Position numbers and translations under genes: made by a program
DNA from: Prochlorococcus marinus str. NATL2A
Lineage (GTDB): Bacteria > Cyanobacteriota > Cyanobacteriia > PCC-6307 > Cyanobiaceae
Reading direction: 5' to 3'
DNA: 32,000 nucleotides
NCBI RefSeq assembly: GCF_000012465.1
Contig: NC_007335.2
Location: forward strand, 600,001-632,000
Notes under the pieces: model-generated
What the model was told of the DNA's origin: nothing
Seen by the model: only the letters and a program-made list of their open reading frames with translations
Database searches by the model: none
Shown: one piece after another, positions 1 through 10,326 of the stretch
How the letters are laid out: each line of letters starts with the position of its first letter
Numbering within the stretch: the stretch's first letter is position 1

Positions 1-69
1 ATGCGGCAGAGGTTGAAAAGTTTTCTTATGGCCAAGAAGCAGATCCTTCAAGAAAAGGCAAAAAAATAA
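1..69 (+). CDS. 3' end of an unidentified ORF entering from the left edge (partial)
   Basis: Frame 1 is open from base 1 to TAA at 67-69 (...RQRLKSFLMAKKQILQEKAKK*). Only 22 codons are visible, so no family can be assigned. Confidence 0.25.
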   Translation: MRQRLKSFLMAKKQILQEKAKK

Positions 70-122
70 AATTATAGGATTTTTGAGTATTTAGATTACT
101 TTGCTTCTATTCAAATATTTGT

Positions 123-1520
123 ATGGATATTACTTTTAAGGATTTAATTAAACTTTGGGGGACGCTAGATAATCAAAAGGAAATAGATCTTGATTTACCT
201 ATTGGTCGTATATCTACTGATTCGAGGACAATCGAAAAAGGTGATTTCTTTGTCCCTTTGGTAGGTAATAAATTTGATGCTCATGATTACTTAGATATGG
301 CTTTTGATCTTGGTATACAGGCAGCAGTAGTTTCTGAAAAATATAATGGTTTGGTACCAATTGGCCTACCTCACTGGGTGGTTCCAGATACTCTGTACGC
401 ATATCAACAAATCGCATTGCTTCATCGAAGAAATTTAAATCTTCCTGTAGTTGCTGTTACTGGCTCTGTTGGTAAAACAACTACAAGAGAATTGATTCGA
501 GCAATATTGTCTCCTCTTGGTGAAATTGTCTCTAGCAGAGGGAATGAAAATAATGATATAGGTGTTCCAAAAACTTTGCTTAGTGGGTCGGAAACAGATG
601 CTGCATTTGTTCTTGAAATGGGTATGCGTGGTTTTGGTCAAATTACACGTCTCTCTCGAGTCGCTGAACCTGATATAGCTGTAATTACAAATGTGGGACA
701 AGCTCATATTGGCATTCTTGGTAGTAGAGAAAATATTGCAAAAGCCAAGTCAGAAATCACCTCATACTTAAGCCCTGATGGTGTTGTGATTATTCCTTTT
801 GGCGATTACATCTTAGAAAAAGCTTTGTTAGAAAAATGGTCAGGACGTATTGTTCGAGTAGAGATAGAGGGCTTTTCACTGAATTGGTTAGATTGTAATA
901 ATGAGCATTTTGCTTTTCAAGATATTGAACCAGATTATATTTCTCAAATTGATATGCAAAATAATTTCATTCTTTTTGAGGGAAGAAAATTCAAATTGCC
1001 CCTTGAAGGAAGACATAATGCTATGAATTTTCTTCTGGCATTAACTGTCGCAACAGAATTAGGACTATCAATAAAGAAACTTGATCAATTAAAAATAAAT
1101 ATGCCAATAGGAAGAAATAGATTGGTTGATTGTGGACAATATTTAGTATTAGATGAGACTTACAATGCATCTCCTGAATCTGTTATTGCATCTCTAGAGT
1201 TATTGGTAAGCAAGCCTGGTAGACATTTTGCGGTTTTAGGTACGATGCTTGAGTTGGGCTCTGAGAGTATTTTACTGCATCAGAAAGTTCTTAAAAAAGC
1301 AATTGAATTAGGTCTAACTGGTATTGTTTTCGTCTCTTGTGGAGAGGAATCTAATATCATAAAAAAGACAATTAAAGAATTACCAAATCATGATGTAGTA
1401 AGTAACCCAAAAGATGCGGCCATGTCTCTACTACCATGGCTTTCACCGGGAGACAATATTTTAATTAAAGGTAGTCGTAAGTTGGAATTAGAAAAAGTAT
1501 TACCTTATTTACAGAAATAA
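123..1520 (+). CDS. murF: UDP-N-acetylmuramoyl-tripeptide--D-alanyl-D-alanine ligase (MurF)
   Basis: 465 aa. Mur-ligase P-loop AVTGSVGKTTTRE, a DETYNASPES motif, and a length typical of MurF. Confidence 0.9.
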   Translation: MDITFKDLIKLWGTLDNQKEIDLDLPIGRISTDSRTIEKGDFFVPLVGNKFDAHDYLDMAFDLGIQAAVVSEKYNGLVPIGLPHWVVPDTLYAYQQIALLHRRNLNLPVVAVTGSVGKTTTRELIRAILSPLGEIVSSRGNENNDIGVPKTLLSGSETDAAFVLEMGMRGFGQITRLSRVAEPDIAVITNVGQAHIGILGSRENIAKAKSEITSYLSPDGVVIIPFGDYILEKALLEKWSGRIVRVEIEGFSLNWLDCNNEHFAFQDIEPDYISQIDMQNNFILFEGRKFKLPLEGRHNAMNFLLALTVATELGLSIKKLDQLKINMPIGRNRLVDCGQYLVLDETYNASPESVIASLELLVSKPGRHFAVLGTMLELGSESILLHQKVLKKAIELGLTGIVFVSCGEESNIIKKTIKELPNHDVVSNPKDAAMSLLPWLSPGDNILIKGSRKLELEKVLPYLQK

Positions 1521-1534
1521 CTTCGCCGTTATAG

Positions 1535-2875
1535 TTAATCAGCCTTAGTTCTAATAATTGCTTTTGATCTTTCAACTACTAAACTTTTATCTGGAATATC
1601 TTTACTTATTGTTGAGCCTGCACCAATGGTTACATGTGCTCCAATCTTGATGGGTGCAACAAGTACTGAATTCGCACCGGTTTTTGAATAATCATCAATA
1701 ATTGTTCTATGTTTATTTTTACCATCGAAATTAGCTGTGATAGTACCTGCTCCAATATTAATATTTTTTCCTAGAGCTGAATCACCTACATAGCTTAAAT
1801 GATTGATTTTTGTTCCTTCACCAATACAACTTTTTTTTATTTCTACAAAGTTTCCTATTTTAGAATTTTGTCTTATGTTTGATTCCGGTCTTATGTGGGC
1901 GAATGGGCCAATTGATGTATTATTTCCAATCGTTGCCTCATTGATGAATGAATGAATGGCTAATACATTTTCTGCAAGAGTTGAATTTGTTATGACACTA
2001 CCTGGTCCTAAATGACATCCATTTCCAATACTGCATTTACCGCGAAGATGAGTTTGTGGCTCAATAATTACGTCTGTACCAAAGTTTGAATCCTCACTTA
2101 GAGAGCAACTAATAGGATCAACAAAAGAAACTCCCTTGCTCATCCATAAGGATTTAAGCTCTTCTTGGATGTAATGCTCGCATTCAGATAGTTGAACTCT
2201 ATCATTAATGCCTTTGATCTCAAATGGATTGTCTACCTCAAAATGCAATGCTTTTTTGAGTAAACTTATAGTATCTGTTAAATAAATTTCATTTTGACTA
2301 TTTTGGTTAGACAATAGGTTTAATACATCTGATAATTGTTGCCAATTGAAACAATATATACCTGCATTTATTAATTTGTTTTTTCGCTGTTCATTGGTGC
2401 AATCTCTCTCTTCGATGATTTTTTTTACTAGTCCGGACTCATCTGTAAATACTCGTCCATATCCTGTTGGTGAGTCTAAACTTGCAGATAAAAAAGTTAC
2501 ACTCGCGTTGGATTCTTTATGAAATTTTAACAGCGAACTTAGCGTTTCCTCTTTTAGTAGTGGTACATCGCCATTTAATACTAGAAGTTCCCCATTAAAC
2601 CCTTTTAATCTAGGCTTTAATTGCTGAATCGCATGTCCTGTTCCATTTTGAGGTTGCTGAAGAACAAAATCTAAGTCTTGATGTTTTCTCAGAGAGTCCT
2701 CTACTAAATTAGCTTGATGTCCTACAACTATTAATCTACGGTTTGGCTTGAGCCCATGAGTACAAGACAAAACCCTATCAATAAGTGATTTTCCTGCCAA
2801 AGGGTGAAGGACCTTAGGCAGCTTGCTTTTCATTCGCGTACCTTTTCCAGCCGCTAAAATTGCGATGGCAAGCAT
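1535..2875 (-). CDS. glmU: Bifunctional GlcNAc-1-P uridyltransferase / GlcN-1-P acetyltransferase (GlmU)
   Basis: 446 aa. N-terminal [11 protein letters not shown] nucleotidyltransferase signature. C-terminal hexapeptide (left-handed beta-helix) repeats: [46 protein letters not shown]. Confidence 0.9.
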   Translation of the reverse strand: MLAIAILAAGKGTRMKSKLPKVLHPLAGKSLIDRVLSCTHGLKPNRRLIVVGHQANLVEDSLRKHQDLDFVLQQPQNGTGHAIQQLKPRLKGFNGELLVLNGDVPLLKEETLSSLLKFHKESNASVTFLSASLDSPTGYGRVFTDESGLVKKIIEERDCTNEQRKNKLINAGIYCFNWQQLSDVLNLLSNQNSQNEIYLTDTISLLKKALHFEVDNPFEIKGINDRVQLSECEHYIQEELKSLWMSKGVSFVDPISCSLSEDSNFGTDVIIEPQTHLRGKCSIGNGCHLGPGSVITNSTLAENVLAIHSFINEATIGNNTSIGPFAHIRPESNIRQNSKIGNFVEIKKSCIGEGTKINHLSYVGDSALGKNINIGAGTITANFDGKNKHRTIIDDYSKTGANSVLVAPIKIGAHVTIGAGSTISKDIPDKSLVVERSKAIIRTKAD

Positions 2876-2910
2876 TAGAGTATTTTTTTAGAAATCTAAT
2901 TGCTTTATTG

Positions 2911-3807
2911 CTATCGCGCAGTATTCCATCGTTTTCTCCATGATGAAGTGTTTATTAATTGACTTTTAGATTGCTCTATTTCTCTTGTTGAAATAATTTC
3001 TTTAGAGTTTCCTTTCCCTGTTGGATCTCTATAAGGAATTGATGAACGCGTAGCAAGGTGTTCTACTTCTTTGGTGCTTAGCTCTTTAATCTGACAATTT
3101 TTTTCAATCAACTGTTGTTCAATTTTCTTTTTCATAGCAACTGTCCCTGAACTCCATTTTCTTTGATCATCGGTTGATGGAACTATTGAATAGATGTTTA
3201 AACCAGCTCTTTTGAAACTCGCTCTAATTGAGGCAGCAGTTGAATATGTAATCAAGCGGCCCTCGGTAGATAGCCTTTCGGTTAATAAAGAGATGAACTC
3301 CTCACTCCATAGCTCGGGACACTTTTGTGGAGAAAAAGGATCAAGAAGAATTAAATCAAACCTAAGAGAATCTTGTATTTCGAATATTTTTTGCCTCGCA
3401 TCCCCCCAGTGAATAGTTCCTTGGTTAAAACCTTCAGTCCATTTCCCCGATATGTTTAAGCAATTAAAAAAATTTAATACTTTTGAAGACCAAATTTCTT
3501 GAAATATTTTTTCATTAAGACCAAGATTTAGAGGCTTTTGATCAATCTCAAGTCCATGCCATTCGATTTTAATATTGCGTTGAAGTAACTCTTCGAGAAT
3601 ACATCCAGTGTTGTATCCTAAGCCCATACAAACATCTAAAACAACAATTTTTTTAGCGTTATAAAATTCTTCTAATTGAGCTGGTAATAGATATTTATTG
3701 ATTGATTCTCTGAGGGCTCCGTCCTTGTCATGAAATCCTTCTTCATAGCTCAAGCTATAAAGACTTAAACTCCCATCTTTTGTCGTATGTTTTTTATAAT
3801 CATCCAA
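2911..3807 (-). CDS. Stand-alone MnmC-type SAM-dependent methyltransferase domain protein (DUF752-like) with a C-terminal extension
   Basis: 298 aa. TKDGSLSLYS...EGFHDKDGALRES start, VLDVCMGLGYN SAM loop and LLDPFSPQKCPELWS motif resemble the N-terminal methyltransferase domain of E. coli MnmC. No FAD-oxidase domain is present. The last ~70 aa are an unassigned hydrophilic tail. Confidence 0.65.
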   Translation of the reverse strand: MDDYKKHTTKDGSLSLYSLSYEEGFHDKDGALRESINKYLLPAQLEEFYNAKKIVVLDVCMGLGYNTGCILEELLQRNIKIEWHGLEIDQKPLNLGLNEKIFQEIWSSKVLNFFNCLNISGKWTEGFNQGTIHWGDARQKIFEIQDSLRFDLILLDPFSPQKCPELWSEEFISLLTERLSTEGRLITYSTAASIRASFKRAGLNIYSIVPSTDDQRKWSSGTVAMKKKIEQQLIEKNCQIKELSTKEVEHLATRSSIPYRDPTGKGNSKEIISTREIEQSKSQLINTSSWRKRWNTAR

Positions 3808-3818
3808 TTCTCAGAAAG

Positions 3819-5153
3819 CTAATTTTTTTGTTGAAGTCTCTTAAGATCACTCCAAAAATCAGGATATGAAATAGCTGCAGCCTCACTACGTCGTAATGTC
3901 GAATTAGAATTAGCCATTATTGATGCAATAGCTAAACTCATGGCTATACGGTGATCATCCTCGCTATCAAGTTCGCATCCCTCTAAGCTTTTTCCTCCAT
4001 AGATAGTTAGACCATCTTGATGCTCATCTACGCTGGCTCCCATCCTTTTTAATTGCCTTGCCATTACAGCTAATCGATCAGTTTCTTTAACTCTTAGTTC
4101 ACTTGCTCCTTTTATTTGACTGATACCATTACAAAAACATGCTCCTACGGATAAAATGGGTATCTCGTCTACAAGCCGTGGCATTATCTCACCGTCAATT
4201 TTAAATGGTTTTAAGTTTTCTTTGTAGAAAACTTCAATATCTCCGACAGGTTCACCGGCTACATCTCTTTTGTTTATTACGTTGATATTTGCTTCCATTT
4301 CTTCTAATACGTCAAGTATTCCAGTCCTTGTTGGATTTAGACCAACATTTTCTACAACCAACTCTGATCCGGGTATGATGCTACCTGCAATGAGCCAAAA
4401 TGCAGCGGAACTAATATCCCCTGGAACAATAATTGATTGACCTTTTAGATCTTTACCAGGGGAAACAGTTATATGTCTACCCATTTCTCCACCAACCTCA
4501 AGATTAGCTCCGAAGGCTTTTAGCATTCTCTCGCTATGATCTCTTGATCTGGCGGGTTCAATAACCGTCGTTGAGCCTTCTGCGTTAAGAGCAGCTAGTA
4601 GGATTGCAGATTTTATCTGAGCACTAGCTACTGGCGTACCAATTACGGCACCTCTTAATTTATTCCCGATAATCGATAGAGGAGCCAAGTTTCCACCGCA
4701 TCTTCCGAAAACTTTAGCCCCCATCATTTTTAACGGCTGTCCTACTCTTTTCATCGGCCTATTTCTTAGTGATTTATCGCCTGTGAGGATGAAATGATGA
4801 TCTTTTTGACCGGCTAATAATCCCATTATTAATCTCATAGTTGTTCCTGAATTTCCGCAGTTCAAAATATCTTGTGGCTCCTGGAGGCCATTTAATCCAA
4901 CGCCCTCAATTTCAATAATGTCTCCTTTCTTGATTGGACTAATCTTTACGCCCATTGACCTAAGGCATTCAGCAGTACTTAATGGATCTTCAGCAGGTAA
5001 AAGGCCCTCAATTAGTGTTTTCCCTTTAGCAATAGCCCCAAAAAGTAGTGCACGGTGTGAGATTGATTTATCTCCAGGTACTTTCACCTTTCCACAGAGC
5101 TCCCCTCCTTTTTGAAGGTTTCTTAAAGACTGATCTTTAGTGGGGGCGTTCAA
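3819..5153 (-). CDS. aroA: 3-phosphoshikimate 1-carboxyvinyltransferase (EPSP synthase, AroA)
   Basis: 444 aa. [16 protein letters not shown] and [10 protein letters not shown] signatures of EPSP synthase, plus the C-terminal RVKETDRL motif. Confidence 0.92.
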   Translation of the reverse strand: MNAPTKDQSLRNLQKGGELCGKVKVPGDKSISHRALLFGAIAKGKTLIEGLLPAEDPLSTAECLRSMGVKISPIKKGDIIEIEGVGLNGLQEPQDILNCGNSGTTMRLIMGLLAGQKDHHFILTGDKSLRNRPMKRVGQPLKMMGAKVFGRCGGNLAPLSIIGNKLRGAVIGTPVASAQIKSAILLAALNAEGSTTVIEPARSRDHSERMLKAFGANLEVGGEMGRHITVSPGKDLKGQSIIVPGDISSAAFWLIAGSIIPGSELVVENVGLNPTRTGILDVLEEMEANINVINKRDVAGEPVGDIEVFYKENLKPFKIDGEIMPRLVDEIPILSVGACFCNGISQIKGASELRVKETDRLAVMARQLKRMGASVDEHQDGLTIYGGKSLEGCELDSEDDHRIAMSLAIASIMANSNSTLRRSEAAAISYPDFWSDLKRLQQKN

Positions 5154-5208
5154 AGAAAAAACAATATATTTTTTTATATTTTATTTATCGATAAGCTTTA
5201 TTCCTGAT

Positions 5209-6786
5209 TTATGAATTGTTTATTTGTTTTTGACGCATTAGTTCATCGATAACATACCCAAATAATTCTGGACTTGGTTTCTTGTTTTCCAGTTCCGATA
5301 ACCCTAGTTCTTCCCATCTTTCATCAACTTTGTCTTCAAGCTCTTTCGGTCTTGTTAGTGGTTTGCCCCAATCATGATTTTTCTCTGGGCCAATTTTTGT
5401 TGTTGCATCAATAGCTAATCTCCCTCCTAAGCCAATATTTTCACTCGCGAAGTCAAGGGTATCAAAAGGAGTGTTTTCTAGCACAAATAAATCTCTTTGA
5501 GGGTCAACTTGGCTGGATAAGACCCAAACGACTTGTCTAGGATCTCTTACGTTAATTGTGGAGTCGACGACGACGACAAATTTTGTATAAGTAAATTGGG
5601 GTAAAGCACTCCAAAACGCCATAGCAGCTCTTTTAGCTTGACCTGGATAAGCTTTGTCAATTGATATGACTGCCAACTTATAACTCAAGGCTTCCATCGG
5701 AAGGAAAAAATCAATAATTTCAGGTATTTGTTGTTTAAGTATTGGTGTGTAAATTCGATTTAATGCTATTGCCAGCATTGCTTCTTCTTTTGGAGGCCTT
5801 CCGCTAAAAGTTGTTAAGAATATTGGTTTTTTTCTTTGAGTCATACATTGGAATCTAATCAAAGGTGAGGACTCAGCACCCCCATAGAAGCCCATATGGT
5901 CTCCAAAAGGACCATCCATCATCTCTTCTCCAGGAGATATAGACCCTTCAAGAACAACTTCACTATGACTTGGTACCTGAAGATCAATAGTTTTGCATTT
6001 GGTTAATCGAACACCCTCTCCTGCATACAAGCCTGCAAAAAGCCACTCGCTTAGCTGCACTGGAATGGGAGTTGCTGCCGCCATGACAAGAAGTGGATGA
6101 ACTCCAATAGCAACAGCTACTTCTAGTTTCTTATTCATTGCAGCTGCTTTGCGAAGATGCCTGGCTCCTCCTCTGACACTTAACCAATGGACTGTCATGC
6201 TCTTTGCAGACTGTCTTTGGAGTCTGTAAACACCAACATTTGGCACGCCTGTTTCTGGATCTTTCGTTATTACGAGGCCTAAAGTGATGGCTCCCCCAGC
6301 ATCCTCTGGCCAGGGACGCAAAAGTGGCAAATGATTTAGATCCAAGTCTTTTTCACTAATTACTTGTTGATGGCATGGTGGCAATAGATCAATATCTGGA
6401 CGTGCTTTAAGTAGATCCCATGCAACTGAAGCAAAAGCTTTGGTTTCTTTCAGCCCTTTCGGAGGACGTGGTTGCTGAAGAAGAGCTAATTTCTTCCCTA
6501 AATCTTCCAATTCTTCTTGCTTCTCTAAACCCATACTCCACACCACACGTTCCATCGTCCCAAGTAAATTCACTGCAACAGGCATTGATGATCCTTTTAC
6601 ATTTTCAAAAAGTAGAGCAGGACCTCCCATCCCAAGGACTCGATCACTTATGGCCGCAATTTCTAGGTCACTATCAACTGGACTGCTTATTCTCTTCAGT
6701 TGTCCTTTCTTTTCTAAAAGAGTAAGAAAATCTCTTATGTCCCGTGTAAGAGGTTCTTGACGAAATAATTTCATGAAGGTCTGCAC
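5209..6786 (-). CDS. ubiD: UbiD-family (4-hydroxybenzoate polyprenyl) decarboxylase, probable plastoquinone-pathway enzyme
   Basis: 525 aa. N-terminal DIRDFLTLLEKKGQLKRI and DGPFGDHMGFYGG motifs are as in UbiD. The ORF-track start at 6786 is GTG; an in-frame ATG lies at 6774. Confidence 0.85.
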   Translation of the reverse strand: MQTFMKLFRQEPLTRDIRDFLTLLEKKGQLKRISSPVDSDLEIAAISDRVLGMGGPALLFENVKGSSMPVAVNLLGTMERVVWSMGLEKQEELEDLGKKLALLQQPRPPKGLKETKAFASVAWDLLKARPDIDLLPPCHQQVISEKDLDLNHLPLLRPWPEDAGGAITLGLVITKDPETGVPNVGVYRLQRQSAKSMTVHWLSVRGGARHLRKAAAMNKKLEVAVAIGVHPLLVMAAATPIPVQLSEWLFAGLYAGEGVRLTKCKTIDLQVPSHSEVVLEGSISPGEEMMDGPFGDHMGFYGGAESSPLIRFQCMTQRKKPIFLTTFSGRPPKEEAMLAIALNRIYTPILKQQIPEIIDFFLPMEALSYKLAVISIDKAYPGQAKRAAMAFWSALPQFTYTKFVVVVDSTINVRDPRQVVWVLSSQVDPQRDLFVLENTPFDTLDFASENIGLGGRLAIDATTKIGPEKNHDWGKPLTRPKELEDKVDERWEELGLSELENKKPSPELFGYVIDELMRQKQINNS

Positions 6787-6832
6787 GATTAACCTATTTA
6801 TCTAGTTACTGTGACGCAAGTTATCAGCCTTT

Positions 6833-7567
6833 GTGGAAATGAAACTTTCTTATTTTTATGTAGCGGCAGATGTTCCTGATGGAATTATTCCTGAATCATC
6901 AGTAGTGATTGATGTTCTGAGAGCTACAACAACTATTGCTTGGGCACTGGAAAACGGAGCTGATTCAGTGCAAGTGTTTGCAGATGTTGATGAACTTAAA
7001 AATCAGGCAAAGACTTTTGACTCTAAAGAAAAAATACTTGTTGGAGAGAGAGGTGGAAAAAAATTAGATGGATTTGACTTGGGAAACTCCCCATTGGGAG
7101 TCTCACCTGAGAGTGTAAAAGGGAAAAGAGTTTTTATGAGCACTACCAACGGGACAAGATCATTACATCGTGTTAGAGAGTCCAAAAGTTTGTACACAAT
7201 GGCACTCCCAAATAGAAAAGCTATTGCTGAAAGATTGAAAAGTGATAATCCTAAAGAAGTTTGGATTGTTGGTAGTGGTTGGGAAGGTTCATATTCTTTA
7301 GAAGATTCTTTAGCTGCTGGGGCTTTAGCCTCTCTTTTAATGGATCAATTAGAGTCTGTGCAGATAGTAAATGATGAATTAATGGCCTCCGTAGCACTAT
7401 GGAAAAATTGGGAAAATGATGTTGAAGGATGTTTACGTATTGCAAGTCATGGACAAAGACTTGCAGGAATAGGTAATCATGATGATGATTTTGCTTGTTG
7501 CGCTTCTTTGGATAACCTTTCTGTTATTCCAAAACAGATTGAGATGGGCGTACTTCGCTCTAACTAA
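6833..7567 (+). CDS. comB: 2-phosphosulfolactate phosphatase family protein (ComB-like)
   Basis: 244 aa. [20 protein letters not shown] is the family signature. GTG at 6833; an alternative ATG lies at 6839. Confidence 0.8.
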   Translation: MEMKLSYFYVAADVPDGIIPESSVVIDVLRATTTIAWALENGADSVQVFADVDELKNQAKTFDSKEKILVGERGGKKLDGFDLGNSPLGVSPESVKGKRVFMSTTNGTRSLHRVRESKSLYTMALPNRKAIAERLKSDNPKEVWIVGSGWEGSYSLEDSLAAGALASLLMDQLESVQIVNDELMASVALWKNWENDVEGCLRIASHGQRLAGIGNHDDDFACCASLDNLSVIPKQIEMGVLRSN

Positions 7568-7594
7568 CTTTTAAATTATTTTCTTTTTAACTCA

Positions 7595-8419
7595 GTGTCA
7601 GATTTTTTGGCTGCGGCCTTACAGCTAACAAGTACCTCAGACATAGACTCAAACCTCAATGCTGCTGAAGAACAAATTGAGTTAGCAGCAAGGCGTGGGG
7701 CTGATCTTGTTGGACTTCCTGAAAACTTTGCATTTTTGGGTGAAGATCAGAAAAAATTAAAAATTGCATCTTCAATATATGAAAAATGCAATAGTTTTTT
7801 AGTAACAATGGCAAGGAGATATCAAGTTGTTTTACTTGGAGGTGGTTTCCCTGTTCCAGCTGGAGATGGAATAAGAACTTTAAATAGAGCCGAGTTGTTT
7901 GGAAAGGACGGTCAATCTCTAGCAAGATATGACAAGATTCATCTTTTTGATGTTGATCTACCTGAAGGAAATACTTATAGGGAATCTGAAACAATTGTTT
8001 CAGGAAGTGAATCTCCACCAGTAGTTGATGTGCCTGGTCTTTGCAAAATTGGATTATCTATTTGTTACGATGTGCGATTCCCTGAACTTTATCGGGATTT
8101 GGTAAATAAAGGCGCAGATTTATTAATGATTCCAGCTGCTTTTACAGCTTTTACGGGAAAGGATCATTGGCAAGTCTTGCTCCAAGCAAGAGCTATTGAA
8201 AACACTGCTTATGTTGTTGCACCAGCGCAAACTGGTCGTCACTATGGCAGAAGACAAAGTCATGGGCATGCGATGGTAATTGATCCATGGGGGACAGTTT
8301 TAGCAGATGCAGGGGTTGTTCAAGGAGCAGCAATAGCTCCTGCTGATAAAGAAAGAGTAGAGAGAATTAGAGGACAAATGCCCAGCCTGAAACATCGAAA
8401 AACAGAGCTTTTTATTTGA
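7595..8419 (+). CDS. Carbon-nitrogen hydrolase (nitrilase superfamily, Nit-like amidase)
   Basis: 274 aa with a GTG start. The Glu-Lys-Cys triad contexts are visible: GLPENF, KIHLFD and LSICYDVRFPE. Confidence 0.85.
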   Translation: MSDFLAAALQLTSTSDIDSNLNAAEEQIELAARRGADLVGLPENFAFLGEDQKKLKIASSIYEKCNSFLVTMARRYQVVLLGGGFPVPAGDGIRTLNRAELFGKDGQSLARYDKIHLFDVDLPEGNTYRESETIVSGSESPPVVDVPGLCKIGLSICYDVRFPELYRDLVNKGADLLMIPAAFTAFTGKDHWQVLLQARAIENTAYVVAPAQTGRHYGRRQSHGHAMVIDPWGTVLADAGVVQGAAIAPADKERVERIRGQMPSLKHRKTELFI

Positions 8420-9504
8420 TGTTTAAAGATCAATCTTTAATGTCAAAACTGGGATTGTTTGCGGGATTTATTTTTTGTTCCAATCTCTTTATTTCTTTAC
8501 CTCTAAGATCTGCTAGTGCTCTTGCCGCTTGGGCCTTAACTAGCAACGGTAGTCTTAAATTACGAACTTCCTCTGGGGCTAAATTAGATGCTTTTTATCA
8601 ATCCTCAACTACTGATAAGGGTGATAGGGTTTGGATCGATTTCACTGGAGAATTAAGCCGCCCTAGGACTATTAAAGGTAATGGATCAGTTAAGGAAATC
8701 AGGCTAGGAAAACCCTCTAAGGGTATAACAAGGCTTGTTATTGAATTCCTGCCATCAGTAGAATTAGAACCCTCAAAATTACAATTAATTGGTATATCAA
8801 CAAATACCTGGGAGTTGGAACTTATTGGTCTAGAAAGTAATTCTTTTCGTCCGATTGAAGAAGGTAATATTCTAAGAAACTCAATAAAAAGAACTTATGA
8901 AAAAATAAAGCCTGAAGATTTAGATGTTTCTTCTTTACCAAATGTACCCTATGGAAAGTATAAAGTTGTTATCGATCCAGGGCATGGTGGCTCAGACCCT
9001 GGTGCTGTTGGAATTAATGGATTAAGAGAGACTGATATTGTTTTAGAAGTGTCAAAGAGTGTTTCAGATTTTCTAACAAATAAAGGAGTTAAAACTATTT
9101 TAACTCGGAATTATGAGAGAACATTAGACTTACAGCCAAGAGTTACCAAGGCTAATAATTCAAAAGCAGATGTTTTTGTTAGTATTCATGCAAATGCAAC
9201 ACGAGGTAAGAGAAAAGAAGTTAACGGCTTAGAGACCTATTATTACTCTGGTTATAAAGGCTATTCTTTAGCAAAAAATATACAAAAACAAATTTTGATT
9301 GTTTCTCCGCAAAGTCCTGATAGGGGTGTTCGTAGATCACGCTTTTATGTGATAAGAAAAACATCAATGCCTGCAGCTTTAGTAGAAATTGGATTTGTTA
9401 CTGGTATGTATGACGCCGATTTGTTACGACAAAAAGTTTATAGGGATAAAATGTCTTTTGCTATTGCTAGGGGAATACTTAACTATCTAAAAATTTCAAA
9501 TTAG
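8419..9504 (+). CDS. amiC: N-acetylmuramoyl-L-alanine amidase (AmiC-like, with an N-terminal hydrophobic anchor and AMIN-like region)
   Basis: Amidase_3 motifs VVIDPGHGGSDPGAVG and FVSIHANA. The N-terminus is hydrophobic. ATG at 8419 overlaps the nitrilase TGA (8417-8419) by one base; the track's TTG at 8416 is an alternative start. Confidence 0.85.
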   Translation: MFKDQSLMSKLGLFAGFIFCSNLFISLPLRSASALAAWALTSNGSLKLRTSSGAKLDAFYQSSTTDKGDRVWIDFTGELSRPRTIKGNGSVKEIRLGKPSKGITRLVIEFLPSVELEPSKLQLIGISTNTWELELIGLESNSFRPIEEGNILRNSIKRTYEKIKPEDLDVSSLPNVPYGKYKVVIDPGHGGSDPGAVGINGLRETDIVLEVSKSVSDFLTNKGVKTILTRNYERTLDLQPRVTKANNSKADVFVSIHANATRGKRKEVNGLETYYYSGYKGYSLAKNIQKQILIVSPQSPDRGVRRSRFYVIRKTSMPAALVEIGFVTGMYDADLLRQKVYRDKMSFAIARGILNYLKISN

Positions 9505-9506
9505 AT

Positions 9507-10304
9507 ATGCGTATTGGATTATTTGATAGTGGTATTGGAGGCTTCACTGTTCTAAAAAAGGTTATTAAGTTATGTCCCAATAATTCATTTATATATTTAG
9601 CTGATACAGCAAGACTTCCTTATGGAATAAAGACGACTAATGAGATCAAAAAAATTGCTGAAGAAATATCATCTTGGTTTAGATATCAAAAAATTGACGC
9701 CTTTTTGGTCGCCTGTAACACAACAAATGCCATTGCCTTGGACATACTTAAAAAAAATTTAGATATCCCTGTTTTTGACTTGATTGGCTCTGCTGCCTCA
9801 ACCATTCAGGAATCTAGGGTGGGTGTTCTCGCAACTCCTTCTACAGTAAAAACAAAAGCTTATACAAATGCGATTTTAGAATTCAAGCCAAAAACTTTTG
9901 TAATTGAGCAACCATGCCCTGCATTTGTTCCAATGATTGAAATGGATAATATTAATTCAGATGATATTACTGATGTTGCGACTGGGTATTTACAACCTCT
10001 TTTAAAACAAAAAATTCATTCTTTAATTCTTGGTTGTAGTCATTATCCTCTCATAGCCCCCTCTCTGAGAAAGGTTTTACCATCAAGTGTTAAATTGATT
10101 GACCCCGCAGAAGCTCTTTCTTTTAAATTAAAGTTGTTTATTGATTCAAAAACAAGCAATTATTCAAAGAATAAAAATTTTGTTGATTTAAAGTTTTACG
10201 TAACCTCTAACCTTAAACATTTTCCCAATAAAGCAAAGCATTGGTTAAATGTATTTCCTGAAGTTAATCTTGTTTCACTGCAGAAGAAGGGCTGGGTCTC
10301 TTAA
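9507..10304 (+). CDS. murI: Glutamate racemase (MurI)
   Basis: 265 aa. IGLFDSGIGGFTVL, and the catalytic-cysteine contexts ACNTT and GCSHYP. Starts 2 nt after the amiC stop. Confidence 0.9.
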   Translation: MRIGLFDSGIGGFTVLKKVIKLCPNNSFIYLADTARLPYGIKTTNEIKKIAEEISSWFRYQKIDAFLVACNTTNAIALDILKKNLDIPVFDLIGSAASTIQESRVGVLATPSTVKTKAYTNAILEFKPKTFVIEQPCPAFVPMIEMDNINSDDITDVATGYLQPLLKQKIHSLILGCSHYPLIAPSLRKVLPSSVKLIDPAEALSFKLKLFIDSKTSNYSKNKNFVDLKFYVTSNLKHFPNKAKHWLNVFPEVNLVSLQKKGWVS

Positions 10305-10326
10305 TATCAAAAAGTAGAGCGGTTTT

